A model generated the notes under the pieces. The model was not told the origin of the DNA and ran no database searches. It worked only from the letters and a program-made list of their open reading frames with translations. 37,275 bases of DNA from Verrucomicrobiota bacterium (GTDB taxonomy: Bacteria; Verrucomicrobiota; Verrucomicrobiia; Verrucomicrobiales; DEV007), in assembly GCA_045046875.1 (NCBI GenBank), contig JASFYY010000142.1, positions 1-37,275 on the forward strand, written 5' to 3'. The position numbers and the translations under genes are program-made. The first letter of the stretch is position 1; the number at the start of each line of letters is the position of its first letter. Shown one piece after another: positions 1-8,645 of the stretch.

Positions 1-17
1 CGAACAGTATATTAGAG

Positions 18-51
18 GGAATTCCGTAATTGTCCGATATGACGGAATTCC
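18..51. repeat. Perfect 10-bp inverted repeat GGAATTCCGT-N14-ACGGAATTCC (possible operator or stem-loop)
   Basis: Arms at 18-27 and 42-51, read directly, in AT-rich non-coding DNA at the window edge. Confidence 0.5.
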
Positions 52-420
52 ATATAATTCTGCGAGTATGGTATTTGATGGTTGGCAGGGTGACACTGAG
101 TAATCAGGCTGGTGGGAGATAAGCTTGTCATGTTCGTCAAGCATTAAGCAACAACGGAAATATGTCGAGTTCAAAAGCAAAATTTCATCCCAACTTTAAG
201 AGTTAATGGGATTTAATAGGTGTTTTTCCACATTGAGAGAGGTGTTTTAAGTAGAGCGGGCATCATTCGCGATGGGAGAAAGGGGATCTTAACAAAAGGA
301 CGGCAAGTTCTGCTTCAGGCACAGTTCTGAGGCGCGGTAAGTGTGTTTTTTGAAAAATTAGGTGGAATTATATAATTGGTGGCATTAGCCAGTTGAAGGA
401 AAAGCGGGTGAGGGATGAAA

Positions 421-441
421 TTTGAGATTTGAGATTTGAAA
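421..441. repeat. Heptamer tandem repeat (TTTGAGA)2 TTTGAAA
   Basis: Read directly; intergenic, downstream of the LRR gene. Confidence 0.7.
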
Positions 442-528
442 TTATTTGTCTTCCTGATCCTGTCTCATTGCGGGCGCTTGAATTGAAGAAACTCATATGG
501 AAATTTGTGTTACGGGCGGCAGGGGAGC

Positions 529-1719
529 TCAGTATGAGGGAGAGCTGTCTTCGACAACTTGCACGATGATGGTCTTGGGTAAGGCTTTTTGCAGGGTTTT
601 GATGTCGGCGGCGCTTACTTTGGTATCGGCGAGCTGGATCAATTGAAGCTGTTTGACGAGGGTGAGGGGGGACACATCCGCGAGCTTTTTGCAGTGGGCA
701 AAATCGACGTTCTGCAATAGTTTGAGCCCGGTCAGGGCGGAGATGTCGGTGAGTTGTTCGTTGCCGGTCAGGGTGAGCTGTTCGAGTTGGCGGGCCTTGG
801 CAAGTCCGTCCAGCGAGCTCAAGTTTGCGCAGTAGGTGAATCCGGCGTAGCTGAGTTGGTTCGAGGGAGATAGGCCGTTGAGGGATTTCAGGTTTTCGCA
901 CGCTTCGACGTGGATTTCACGCAGTTGATTGAGTTTTGACAGGCTGGAGAGGTCTTGGAAATCTTCGAGTCCGCCTAAACGCAGGATTTCCAGTGAGCTT
1001 AATTTTTCGAGGAAATCCAGCGAGGCTAAAGAAACGCAGTTTCTCAGGTCGAACATGAGCAACTTGTCGAGTGATTCGATGCCGTCGAGTTGTTTTAACT
1101 GGTGGCAGGTGGAGATGTCGAGGTCGGTCAATTCACGCAGGTTTTCCAATCCGCCGATAGCGGAGAGTTGGACGTCACCGCCGAGGAAGAGTTGTTTTAA
1201 AGCGGGGGTTTCTGCGAAGGTGATGCGATCTAGCTTGGGGCAGTTTTCGATGTAAACCCCCTCTAACGAGGGTGCCGCCGGGATGGTGATCTCTCCGTCC
1301 AGTTGGAAACATTCACTGATGGTCAGGGTGCGCAGTTGTTTAAGCCAGGAGATGTCGTCAACCGAGCTGAGACGGGCGCAGTCTATGACGGAAAAATCCT
1401 CTATTTCGGTCAACAGCTCGAGCCCTTGTAAATTTTCCAGCGAGGGGCATTGGGCGATAACGAGAGAGGAAACACGGTCGAGTTGTTTGAGCAGGGCGGC
1501 GATTTCCGAGAGGTCTTTGATCCCGGGGGAGCTGAGGTTGACCTCGAGGTGTCCGTCGTATTCTTCGATCTGCGCTCCGTAATCGTTGACCAGGGCTTCT
1601 CGCGGCTCTTGCTGATTGACCAGCTTAAGCACAAATACCAAGGCAAGGATCAATAACAATACCAATGCAGCTACAATGGCGGCAATGCGAGGCGAGCGTT
1701 TTGGTTCAGCAGCCGGCAT
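529..1719 (-). CDS. Membrane-anchored leucine-rich repeat protein
   Basis: N-terminal hydrophobic helix (IAAIVAALVLLLILALVFVL) followed by many ~22-23 aa LxxLxxLxLxxCxxLxxL repeats. Confidence 0.9.
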   Translation of the reverse strand: MPAAEPKRSPRIAAIVAALVLLLILALVFVLKLVNQQEPREALVNDYGAQIEEYDGHLEVNLSSPGIKDLSEIAALLKQLDRVSSLVIAQCPSLENLQGLELLTEIEDFSVIDCARLSSVDDISWLKQLRTLTISECFQLDGEITIPAAPSLEGVYIENCPKLDRITFAETPALKQLFLGGDVQLSAIGGLENLRELTDLDISTCHQLKQLDGIESLDKLLMFDLRNCVSLASLDFLEKLSSLEILRLGGLEDFQDLSSLSKLNQLREIHVEACENLKSLNGLSPSNQLSYAGFTYCANLSSLDGLAKARQLEQLTLTGNEQLTDISALTGLKLLQNVDFAHCKKLADVSPLTLVKQLQLIQLADTKVSAADIKTLQKALPKTIIVQVVEDSSPSY

Positions 1720-1748
1720 GGTGATGTGAAGTCGGTCAGCGCCTGTTC

Positions 1749-2759
1749 TTAGGGAACGGGAACACGTTCGAGGATTTTGGTGATGATCTGCTGACTGGTG
1801 ATCTCTTCGGCTTCGGCTTCGTAGGTCAGTAAAATACGGTGACGCAGCACATCGTAAGCCAGATCCTTCACGTCCTGCGGAACGACATAACCACGGCCAT
1901 TAAGGAAGGCGTGCGCTTTGGCGGCGAGGGTGAGATTGATGGTGCCACGTGGTGAAGCGCCTGCGCGGATAAGGTTCTTCAGTGAGGGATCGATTTGCCC
2001 GGCGTTGCGGGTGGCGTGGATGAGGGAGACGATGTAGTTTTTCACTCCGTCATCGACGTAGATCTGGTTGACCAGTTCGCGGCTGGCGACGACAGTCTGG
2101 GAATCGGCGATGGCGCTGGTTTTGGTCACTGGCGACGAGGTGGCCATCAGGTCGAGCACGTAGCGTTCTTCTTCGAAGCTGGGGTAGTCGACGATCACTT
2201 TGAGCAAGAAGCGGTCGAGCTGGGCTTCGGGCAGTTGGTAAGTTCCCTCTTGATCGATGGGGTTCATGGTGGCCAATACCAGGAAGGGGTCGGGCAAGGG
2301 GTAGGTGGTATCACCGATGGTGACTTGACGCTCTTGCATCGCTTCGAGCAGGGCGCTTTGCACTTTGGCGGGGGCGCGGTTGATTTCGTCGGCGAGGATG
2401 AGGTTGGAAAAAACGGGGCCGAGTTTGGGGGTGAATTCGTTGCTCTGTTGGTTAAAAATCAGGGTGCCGATCAAATCAGCCGGCAGCAGGTCGGGGGTGA
2501 ACTGCAGGCGTTGGAAATCAACGTGCAGTGCTCCGGCCAGGGCGTTGACGGTCAGTGTTTTGGCCAGACCGGGCACACCTTCGAGCAGGATGTGGCCGTT
2601 CACCAGTAGGCCGATGAGCAGGCGGTCAACCAGGACTTGTTGGCCGACGATGACGCGGCTCATTTCCTGTCGCACGGCTGGCACCCAGGTGCTTTGTTGC
2701 TGGATCTGTTCGGAGAGCTGAGTGGTGTCGATTTGAGGCGCTTGGGTTGCTTGGGTCAT
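1749..2759 (-). CDS. moxR: MoxR-family AAA+ ATPase
   Basis: Walker [22 protein letters not shown], Walker [49 protein letters not shown]. Confidence 0.95.
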   Translation of the reverse strand: MTQATQAPQIDTTQLSEQIQQQSTWVPAVRQEMSRVIVGQQVLVDRLLIGLLVNGHILLEGVPGLAKTLTVNALAGALHVDFQRLQFTPDLLPADLIGTLIFNQQSNEFTPKLGPVFSNLILADEINRAPAKVQSALLEAMQERQVTIGDTTYPLPDPFLVLATMNPIDQEGTYQLPEAQLDRFLLKVIVDYPSFEEERYVLDLMATSSPVTKTSAIADSQTVVASRELVNQIYVDDGVKNYIVSLIHATRNAGQIDPSLKNLIRAGASPRGTINLTLAAKAHAFLNGRGYVVPQDVKDLAYDVLRHRILLTYEAEAEEITSQQIITKILERVPVP

Positions 2760-2863
2760 TTGAATAGTAAAGGATTTGTCGGGTCGTGATTTATGCTTGA
2801 AGAGCGTTACGGCACGAATGGGATGTCTAAGTTTGTCTAAGGATGACCGATAAATCCGTCAGT

Positions 2864-4096
2864 TCAAGTGGCTTCCGCTACAGGGGTGGATTTGTTTTTG
2901 CCATCGATGGCGGCGGGGCTGAGACGGCGCTCCCAGATGTAGCGCTGAAACAGCACTTTGATCGATGCGGTCATCGGCACGGCAAGCAAAGCGCCGAGCA
3001 AACCGCCCATCAACAAACTCCAGAATAGGATGGAGAAAATAATGGTCAGCGGGTGGAGGCCAACGGAGTCTCCGACAATTTTCGGGGCGGTGTAAAGGCT
3101 GTTGACCTGTTGCACTCCGGTGAATAGCACCAGCACCAGCAGAGGGTAGGCCCAGGTGTGCTGCAGCCAGGAATATTGTTCGTCGGGATTGGAGAATTGA
3201 GCGACAGAGATGAGCAGGGCGGGAATCAGGCAGAGCAGGTTGCCGATGTAGGGGATCAAGCCTAGAAGTGCGACAAAAACCCCTATAAGCAGCGCGTATT
3301 CGAGCCCCATGGCCCAGAGCGCGGCGCCCACCAGCGCCCCATCGATCATGCTGACGAGCATTTGGCCACGGAAAAAGGCGATCAGGTATTGGTTGATTTC
3401 GCTGAGGGTGGCGACCACTTCGTCTTTGAAATCCGAAGCTTTGAGTGGCAGATAGTTGCTCCACTGTTTGCTGATGCTCTGGCTTTCCATCAGAAAGTAG
3501 AAAAGATAAACCGGCACCAAAAAGAAACCGATGGCATAACCGAGGAAACCAAAAACCCCGCTGATGCGGTTCCAGATCCACATCCCCGTATTTTGTGCCA
3601 AACCGGGGCCTTCTTCGGATAGCCACTCGGCGCTTTGTTCGTAGTACTGTTGGGCTTTTTCCGAACCAAAGCGCTGCTGGGTTTTATCGATCGCGGCTTT
3701 GACTTTATCGGAGACGGTTTTTTGAATCTCTGCTCGTTGTTCGATCAGTTGGTCTGCTTGCCTGATCGTGGGCACGAGTACCAAGGTTGCCAAAACCAGC
3801 ATCATCACCAGGAAACCGATGTAAACGGTCATTACTGATTTTTTGTGTTCAAAATGGTGTTTTTCCTGCAACCAGCGGATGACGGGTTCGAGCAGGTAAG
3901 CAATGATACCGGCCACGGCAATAGGAACCAGGACGGGTTGCAGGTAACCGAGCACGGTACTGGAGAGCAAAATCAGGCCGACCAGGATGCTGCCGGTCAC
4001 GACGAGAGAGAGAGCGGTGATGCTTGTCCACAGGGTTTTGCGCTGAAAGGGGGTGGGGTAGTGTTTGGTTTCGATCTTTTTGGGAGATTCTGGCAT
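2864..4096 (-). CDS. AI-2E family (PerM/TqsA-like) transporter
   Basis: Multiple TM helices; motifs LGLIPYIG and PKIVGDSVGLHP...GGLLGALLAVP. Start set at MPESPKK (ATG 4096) rather than the ORF-track start 4180. Confidence 0.9.
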   Translation of the reverse strand: MPESPKKIETKHYPTPFQRKTLWTSITALSLVVTGSILVGLILLSSTVLGYLQPVLVPIAVAGIIAYLLEPVIRWLQEKHHFEHKKSVMTVYIGFLVMMLVLATLVLVPTIRQADQLIEQRAEIQKTVSDKVKAAIDKTQQRFGSEKAQQYYEQSAEWLSEEGPGLAQNTGMWIWNRISGVFGFLGYAIGFFLVPVYLFYFLMESQSISKQWSNYLPLKASDFKDEVVATLSEINQYLIAFFRGQMLVSMIDGALVGAALWAMGLEYALLIGVFVALLGLIPYIGNLLCLIPALLISVAQFSNPDEQYSWLQHTWAYPLLVLVLFTGVQQVNSLYTAPKIVGDSVGLHPLTIIFSILFWSLLMGGLLGALLAVPMTASIKVLFQRYIWERRLSPAAIDGKNKSTPVAEAT

Positions 4097-4121
4097 TGAT
4101 GAATCATAAGGGAGTGGTGGG

Positions 4122-4156
4122 CAATTGACAATGGAGAATTGACCATGGACAGTGGA
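4122..4156. repeat. Five degenerate heptamers CAATTGA CAATGGA GAATTGA CCATGGA CAGTGGA
   Basis: Read directly in the short divergent gap between the transporter and cytochrome genes. Confidence 0.6.
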
Positions 4157-4712
4157 ACTTGTGAAAAAAAATCGAATCATTCAAATCTGCTTTAACATTG
4201 GTGGTCTGGGCATTTTGCTCTTTATAGTGGGAGCGTGTCAGCGATCGGAAAGTTCGTTGCTTTCTTCTCCGCAGCAGCAACTCGATAAGATGGATCAGCG
4301 TCAGCCGGTTCCGTTGATTCCGATGATGGCGAACCATCAGAAGGAAAATATGCGGGATCACCTGGTGGTGGTGCAGGAGATCATGCAGGCTTTGGCGGTG
4401 CGTGATTTTGCTGCGATAGAAAAATCGGCGGCGCGTATTTCTTATTCGGAGCAGCAGGCGCAGAGGTGCTCACACATGGGCAGTGGCGCGCAAGGTTTCC
4501 CGGAGACCGGGGTCGATTTCCATCGCACGGCAGATACCATCATTGCGGCGGCCAAAAGTAAGGATGTGGATAAAACCTTGACCGCCTTAAGTAATACTTT
4601 GGCGAAATGCACCGCTTGTCACAGTCGTTTTCGTCAGGATGTGGTGAGTGAAAAAGAGTGGAAGGAGCTGACTGGGATCAAAGAGTTAAAGGGCAGCGGG
4701 ATGAAACATTGA
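4152..4712 (+). CDS. Cytochrome c'-like (class II, four-helix) lipoprotein
   Basis: Lipobox-like IVGAC after a hydrophobic stretch; helical body; single C-terminal heme motif CTACH. Start may be GTG 4161. Confidence 0.8.
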   Translation: MELVKKNRIIQICFNIGGLGILLFIVGACQRSESSLLSSPQQQLDKMDQRQPVPLIPMMANHQKENMRDHLVVVQEIMQALAVRDFAAIEKSAARISYSEQQAQRCSHMGSGAQGFPETGVDFHRTADTIIAAAKSKDVDKTLTALSNTLAKCTACHSRFRQDVVSEKEWKELTGIKELKGSGMKH

Positions 4713-4736
4713 GAGCGAGGTTGGGGGGGCTTGTTT

Positions 4737-5176
4737 TGTTGGAGTTAAGAAAACGGATTGCCAATCCATTCCACGGGTTGTGGGGAAGGGGGCGAAATGA
4801 CATCTTCTTTGAGCGGAAAGTTTAGGGAGATGCTGGAGTTAAGAAAACGGATTGCCAATCCATTCCACGGGTTGTGGGGAAGGGGGCGAAATGACATCTT
4901 TTTTGAGCGGAAAGTTTAGGGGGATGCTGGAGTTAAGAAAACGGATTGCCAATCCATTCCACGGGTTGTGGGGAAGGGGGGCAAAATGACATCTTTTTTG
5001 AGCGGAAAGTTTAGGGGGATGTTGGAGTTAAGAAAACGGATTGCCAATCCATTCCACGGGTTGTGGGGAAGGGGGCGAAATGACATCTTCTTTGAGCGGA
5101 AAGTTTAGGGGGATGTTGGAGTTAAGAAAACGGATTGCCAATCCATTCCACGGGTTGTGGGGAAGGGGGGTGAAAT
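4737..5176. repeat. Tandem array of ~4.7 copies of a 94-95 bp unit containing a GTGG-REP-like hairpin
   Basis: Units start at 4737, 4831, 4925, 5020 and 5114 (partial) and differ by only a few substitutions or indels. On the minus strand each contains GTGG-AATGGATT-GGC-AATCCGTT. Confidence 0.95.
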
Positions 5177-5179
5177 AAT

Positions 5180-5203
5180 GGGCAAGCGGAGCGTTCGCCC
5201 TAC
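5180..5203 (-). repeat. GTAG-type REP-like palindrome GTAGGGCGAACGCTCCGCTTGCCC
   Basis: GTAG tetranucleotide followed by an imperfect GC-rich hairpin, directly after the tandem array. Confidence 0.55.
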
Positions 5204-5297
5204 AATAGTCGTTATGTATGTGGGGCGTCTGGTGTGGGGCGGCCGATCCGGTTGTTCAGCGGTGACGGCAAATTAGCGATCAGGTGAAGTGAGATGA

Positions 5298-6275
5298 TCA
5301 CTCGTCATTTTCCGGGGGCAGTCCTTTCAGGTATTTGAATAGCTCGGAGTCGGTGCCGAGGATCAGCATGGTATCGGTATTGAGGGTGTTTTCGAAGGTT
5401 TCCATGGTGCGGGTGAATTCGTAAAAGCTCTGGGCTTCGGGGTCCTGGTCGTAAGCTTTGGCATAGATGCTGATTGCTAGGGCATCGGCCTTTCCCTTGG
5501 TGGTTTGGATTTCTTTGTAGGCGGTGGAACTGATTCTTTTGAGTTCTTTTTCCATGTTGCCGAGGATTTTTGCCGCCTCACCAGCGCCTTCGGATCGGAA
5601 CAGTTCGGCGATTTGGGCGCGTTCGCTGATCATGCGTATGTAGATGTTTTGGCGCACCGTTTCGTTGTAGTTGATGCGTTTGAAGCGCAGGTCTAGCAGT
5701 TCGATGCCAAACTCCTTGACCTTGCCTTTGCTGCGTTCGAGGATTTCCTGCTCAAGTTTGACCCGGCCTTTAGTGATGGGCGGCAGAACCGCCACGTTGT
5801 TTGCGAGGCCTGCACTTAATCCTTCTGGCCGTTCGGGCTCGCGGTCTTTGGTGGTGCGGATGACTTCAATCAGTTTGTGCCGGGCAATGGTATTGCGGGT
5901 TTCACTGCCTAGAATGTCATCGAGACGGGAAAGGGCGCGGCGTTCGTCGCGTAGGTTTTCGAAAAAAGCACGAGCATCGACAATTTTCCAGCGAGCGTAG
6001 GTATCAACTACGATGTAGGTTTTGTCCTTGGTCGGCATTTCGTTGGCCTGACCATCCCAGGCGATGATACGTTTTTCAAAACGGTTGACGACATCGATGA
6101 AGGGCGTTTTGAACTTCAGCCCGGCTGTGCTGATGGTTTTGCCGATAGGCTTGCCGAAGCGGGTGACAATGATTTGTTCGGTCATGTCCACGGTGTAACA
6201 GGAGAGCGAGAGCACAATGGCCGCAATCATAAAAATGATGAGAGCGAGGCAGGATGAGATTTGTGATGGTTTCAT
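5298..6275 (-). CDS. hflC: FtsH protease modulator HflC (SPFH domain)
   Basis: N-terminal TM, IVTRFGKP, GLKFKTPFID, RMISER...FRSEG and FYEFTRTME motifs; directly downstream of hflK. Confidence 0.93.
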   Translation of the reverse strand: MKPSQISSCLALIIFMIAAIVLSLSCYTVDMTEQIIVTRFGKPIGKTISTAGLKFKTPFIDVVNRFEKRIIAWDGQANEMPTKDKTYIVVDTYARWKIVDARAFFENLRDERRALSRLDDILGSETRNTIARHKLIEVIRTTKDREPERPEGLSAGLANNVAVLPPITKGRVKLEQEILERSKGKVKEFGIELLDLRFKRINYNETVRQNIYIRMISERAQIAELFRSEGAGEAAKILGNMEKELKRISSTAYKEIQTTKGKADALAISIYAKAYDQDPEAQSFYEFTRTMETFENTLNTDTMLILGTDSELFKYLKGLPPENDE

Positions 6276-6311
6276 CTTAGTAAAATAAAGAGTTAGCGTT
6301 GAGGCTTGGAT

Positions 6312-7340
6312 TTAGCGAGCTGCTTTTGGCAGGATGGGGGCGGTGGTTTGGGAATCAGAGCCTAGTTGCAGTAAGGGAAGGATTTGCTTGGCATCGCTGT
6401 CGATGATGATTTTACGACCCAGTTGCGGGATCACTACATTCATGGTTTCGAGGTAAAGGCGTTTCTGAGTGATGCCGGGGGCTTTTTTGTATTCAAGGAA
6501 GCGGGCGGTGAATTTGGCAGCGTCTCCTTCCGCCTCGTTGACTCTTTCGGTGGCGTAACCTTCGGCTTCGCTGATCTTGCGTTCCGCTTCGCCACTTGCT
6601 TTGGGCACTTCGCGGTTGTATTGGCCATTGGCGATGTTAATCAGGTTTTCGCGTTCTTGCTGGGCGTTATTGACTTCATTAAAAGAGGCTTGCACCGGTT
6701 CCGGGGGGTCGACGTTTTTCAATTGCACCTGGTCGATTTGTAGACCCATGGAGTATTCATCGACAAGTTCTTGAAGCTTGAGCAGTGACTGGGATTCGAT
6801 CTCCTGACGGCCAATGGTGATGACTTCATCGACGGTCCGATCACCCACCACTTCGCGCATGATGGCTTCCGAGGCATCACGCAGGATCTCGTCAGGATCT
6901 CTGACTTCGAAGAGGTATTTTTCCGGATCGCTGATGCGGTATTGCACCACCCACTCGACCAGGGCTGCGTTGAGATCTCCGGTGACCATGTGTTTTTCAT
7001 TGCCTTGCTCTCTTTGATCCGGAGAGTATTGACTGCGGTTGGTGGCTCCCCGGGTGCCAAAACCGAACTCTTGTTTCATCTGTCGAAGCACTGGCACGTG
7101 TATCACTTTATCGATGCCAAAGGGCAGTTTGCCATGCAAACCAGGAGTGGTGATCGTATGCAAGCGGCCAAAGCGGGTGACCACACCGGCTTCTTCGGCT
7201 TGCACGGTGTAAAATGCGGTGAACAGGCCGACGACGAGGATCAGCAAGGGCACCAGGACGGCGGGTAGCCACAGCGCTTGTTTGTCCAGTTTGGGCAGTT
7301 TGAGGTCGAAATCAATTTTTTGTGGAGAATGTTCACTCAT
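6312..7340 (-). CDS. hflK: FtsH protease modulator HflK (SPFH domain)
   Basis: GVVTRFG, MVTGDLN, VDPPEPVQASFNEV, AEGYA...AEGDA and RLYLETM motifs. Confidence 0.93.
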   Translation of the reverse strand: MSEHSPQKIDFDLKLPKLDKQALWLPAVLVPLLILVVGLFTAFYTVQAEEAGVVTRFGRLHTITTPGLHGKLPFGIDKVIHVPVLRQMKQEFGFGTRGATNRSQYSPDQREQGNEKHMVTGDLNAALVEWVVQYRISDPEKYLFEVRDPDEILRDASEAIMREVVGDRTVDEVITIGRQEIESQSLLKLQELVDEYSMGLQIDQVQLKNVDPPEPVQASFNEVNNAQQERENLINIANGQYNREVPKASGEAERKISEAEGYATERVNEAEGDAAKFTARFLEYKKAPGITQKRLYLETMNVVIPQLGRKIIIDSDAKQILPLLQLGSDSQTTAPILPKAAR

Positions 7341-7470
7341 GATGGGGGCAGAGTGCCGCTGTTCACCCTGCCTTGCAATAGCGGATTATCGAAATCGATG
7401 ATCTTCTTTGTATGGAGCTTTGAGAAAAAGCATTGACCCTTTTCAAAAGCGGTCTTTTAATACCAGCACT

Positions 7471-8235
7471 ATGAAAATCCCTGCGTTGTTTTATTTGGCG
7501 GCTTTTGCGAGCCTGTTTGTATTGGCTGTGAATGGTGAGGCCCGAACCTGGACCCGGGCCAAGGACAAGAAGAAGATCGAAGCTGACTTTGTGAAAGCGG
7601 AAGGGGATAAGGTCACTATCAACATGAAGGGCAAGGACATGACTTTGGCGGTGAGTGTTTTTAGCAAGGAGGATCAGGAATTCATCGCGGCTCAAGGGAA
7701 AAAGGGAGCTGCCAAGGGCAAAGAATCCACGGCAGGATTGAAGGGGGATCCCAAAGTGATGCCAGAGGGGGCGACTTCGGTGGTATTAAGCGGAGCGCAT
7801 CTGTGCTGCTCCAAATGCCAGAAGAGAATTGAAAAAGCTGTTGAGCGTTATGATGATGTTAAACTGGATTTCGATAAGAGCGCTGGAACGGTAACCTTTA
7901 ACGGGGAGAGTGGACAAGCGGTGGAAGATGCCTTGTTCAAGGTGCATGAAGCGGGTTTTTACGGCATGACGGATCATGCGCGGTTGAAGATGAAAAAACC
8001 GGGTGGCAGCAAAAAGGAGGTTGAAGAACTCAGTGTGGTTGGCATGCATGTGTGCTGTGGAAAATGTGAAAAGGCGATCAAAGCAGCGCTGAAGACTGTG
8101 AAGGGGATTGACTCCCATACGATGGAGAAGGGTAAAAGCTCTTTTATCGTGAAAGGCAAGGTCTCTGCAGCGGAATTGAATAAGGCTCTGAATGGTGTGG
8201 GTTTGAATGCCCGGACGATCACTGTGCCTAAATAA
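7471..8235 (+). CDS. Secreted protein: SHD1-like domain plus two HMA-like domains with HxCCxxC motifs
   Basis: Signal peptide MKIPALFYLAAFASLFVLAVNGEA; RTWT...IEADFV...FSKEDQEFI (SHD1-like); GAHLCCSKC and GMHVCCGKC. Start set at ATG 7471. Confidence 0.8.
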   Translation: MKIPALFYLAAFASLFVLAVNGEARTWTRAKDKKKIEADFVKAEGDKVTINMKGKDMTLAVSVFSKEDQEFIAAQGKKGAAKGKESTAGLKGDPKVMPEGATSVVLSGAHLCCSKCQKRIEKAVERYDDVKLDFDKSAGTVTFNGESGQAVEDALFKVHEAGFYGMTDHARLKMKKPGGSKKEVEELSVVGMHVCCGKCEKAIKAALKTVKGIDSHTMEKGKSSFIVKGKVSAAELNKALNGVGLNARTITVPK

Positions 8236-8329
8236 GGGGAACTTTTTACAGGGCGCGACAGGGGCAGTTGGTGATAATTTGTTTTTCCTGCTGGATTTTT
8301 CAGCGCAGGGCATTAAAGGTATCGGCGTT

Positions 8330-8416
8330 ATGATGATCGCATTAGGATTAGGTGTCGCTATAGGAATGTTGCTGCTCGGAGCAGTGTTGTTTTCTTATTT
8401 GCTCAAGGGCAGTTAA
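8330..8416 (+). CDS. Candidate 28-aa single-TM small protein MMIALGLGVAIGMLLLGAVLFSYLLKGS
   Basis: ATG at 8330 preceded by AAGGT; the peptide is one hydrophobic helix; it fills the gap between the HMA gene and the cimA leader. Confidence 0.35.
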   Translation: MMIALGLGVAIGMLLLGAVLFSYLLKGS

Positions 8417-8461
8417 GGCGCGGGATTTTGCCAACAGGTTTTCAAGGGCTTTTGACAGCTC

Positions 8462-8490
8462 TTGGAAAAACTACTGGTGCTTTTTACCAT
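8462..8490 (+). promoter_or_regulatory. Candidate sigma70 promoter TTGGAA-N17-TACCAT for the cimA leader
   Basis: -35 at 8462-8467 and -10 at 8485-8490 with 17-bp spacing, 22 nt upstream of the leader ATG. Confidence 0.35.
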
Positions 8491-8512
8491 TCAGGCTATC
8501 ATCTGACCCAAC

Positions 8513-8572
8513 ATGCCGATGAAAGGACGTATCATTATTAAATCGATCCTCATCGCTATTATTCAAGACTAA
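8513..8572 (+). CDS. Ile-rich leader peptide MPMKGRIIIKSILIAIIQD upstream of cimA
   Basis: ATG 8513 (or 8519) to TAA 8572; 7 of 19 codons are Ile (ATC/ATT); ends 98 nt before citramalate synthase, the entry enzyme of threonine-independent Ile synthesis. Confidence 0.75.
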   Translation: MPMKGRIIIKSILIAIIQD

Positions 8573-8645
8573 GTCAGTCTGGATGGTAGCGAACCGACAG
8601 GTCATGATTTGACCGCATGTGAAATTTTCGGCTCAAAATCGTCCA
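8553..8645 (+). promoter_or_regulatory. Putative attenuator RNA structure of the cimA leader
   Basis: TCGCTATTATTCA (8553-8565) pairs with TGGATGGTAGCGA (8580-8592) using G-U pairs, extended by GACT/AGTC. A competing helix pairs 8580-8587 with ATCGTCCA (8638-8645). Confidence 0.55.

Noticed and set aside
2859..3626. 255-aa alternative-frame ORF
   Set aside because: Overlaps the AI-2E transporter on the same strand in another frame; Arg/Pro-rich composition typical of off-frame GC-rich sequence.
4737..5176. CRISPR array or guide-RNA array
   Set aside because: The sequence between the palindromic cores is essentially identical in all units, so there are no unique spacers, and no cas-like gene is nearby. 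The 94-bp period is also not a multiple of 3, which argues against a coding repeat.
8452..8457. Perfect TTGACA as the cimA -35 box
   Set aside because: No acceptable -10 hexamer at 16-18 bp spacing; the TTGGAA-N17-TACCAT pair fits better.
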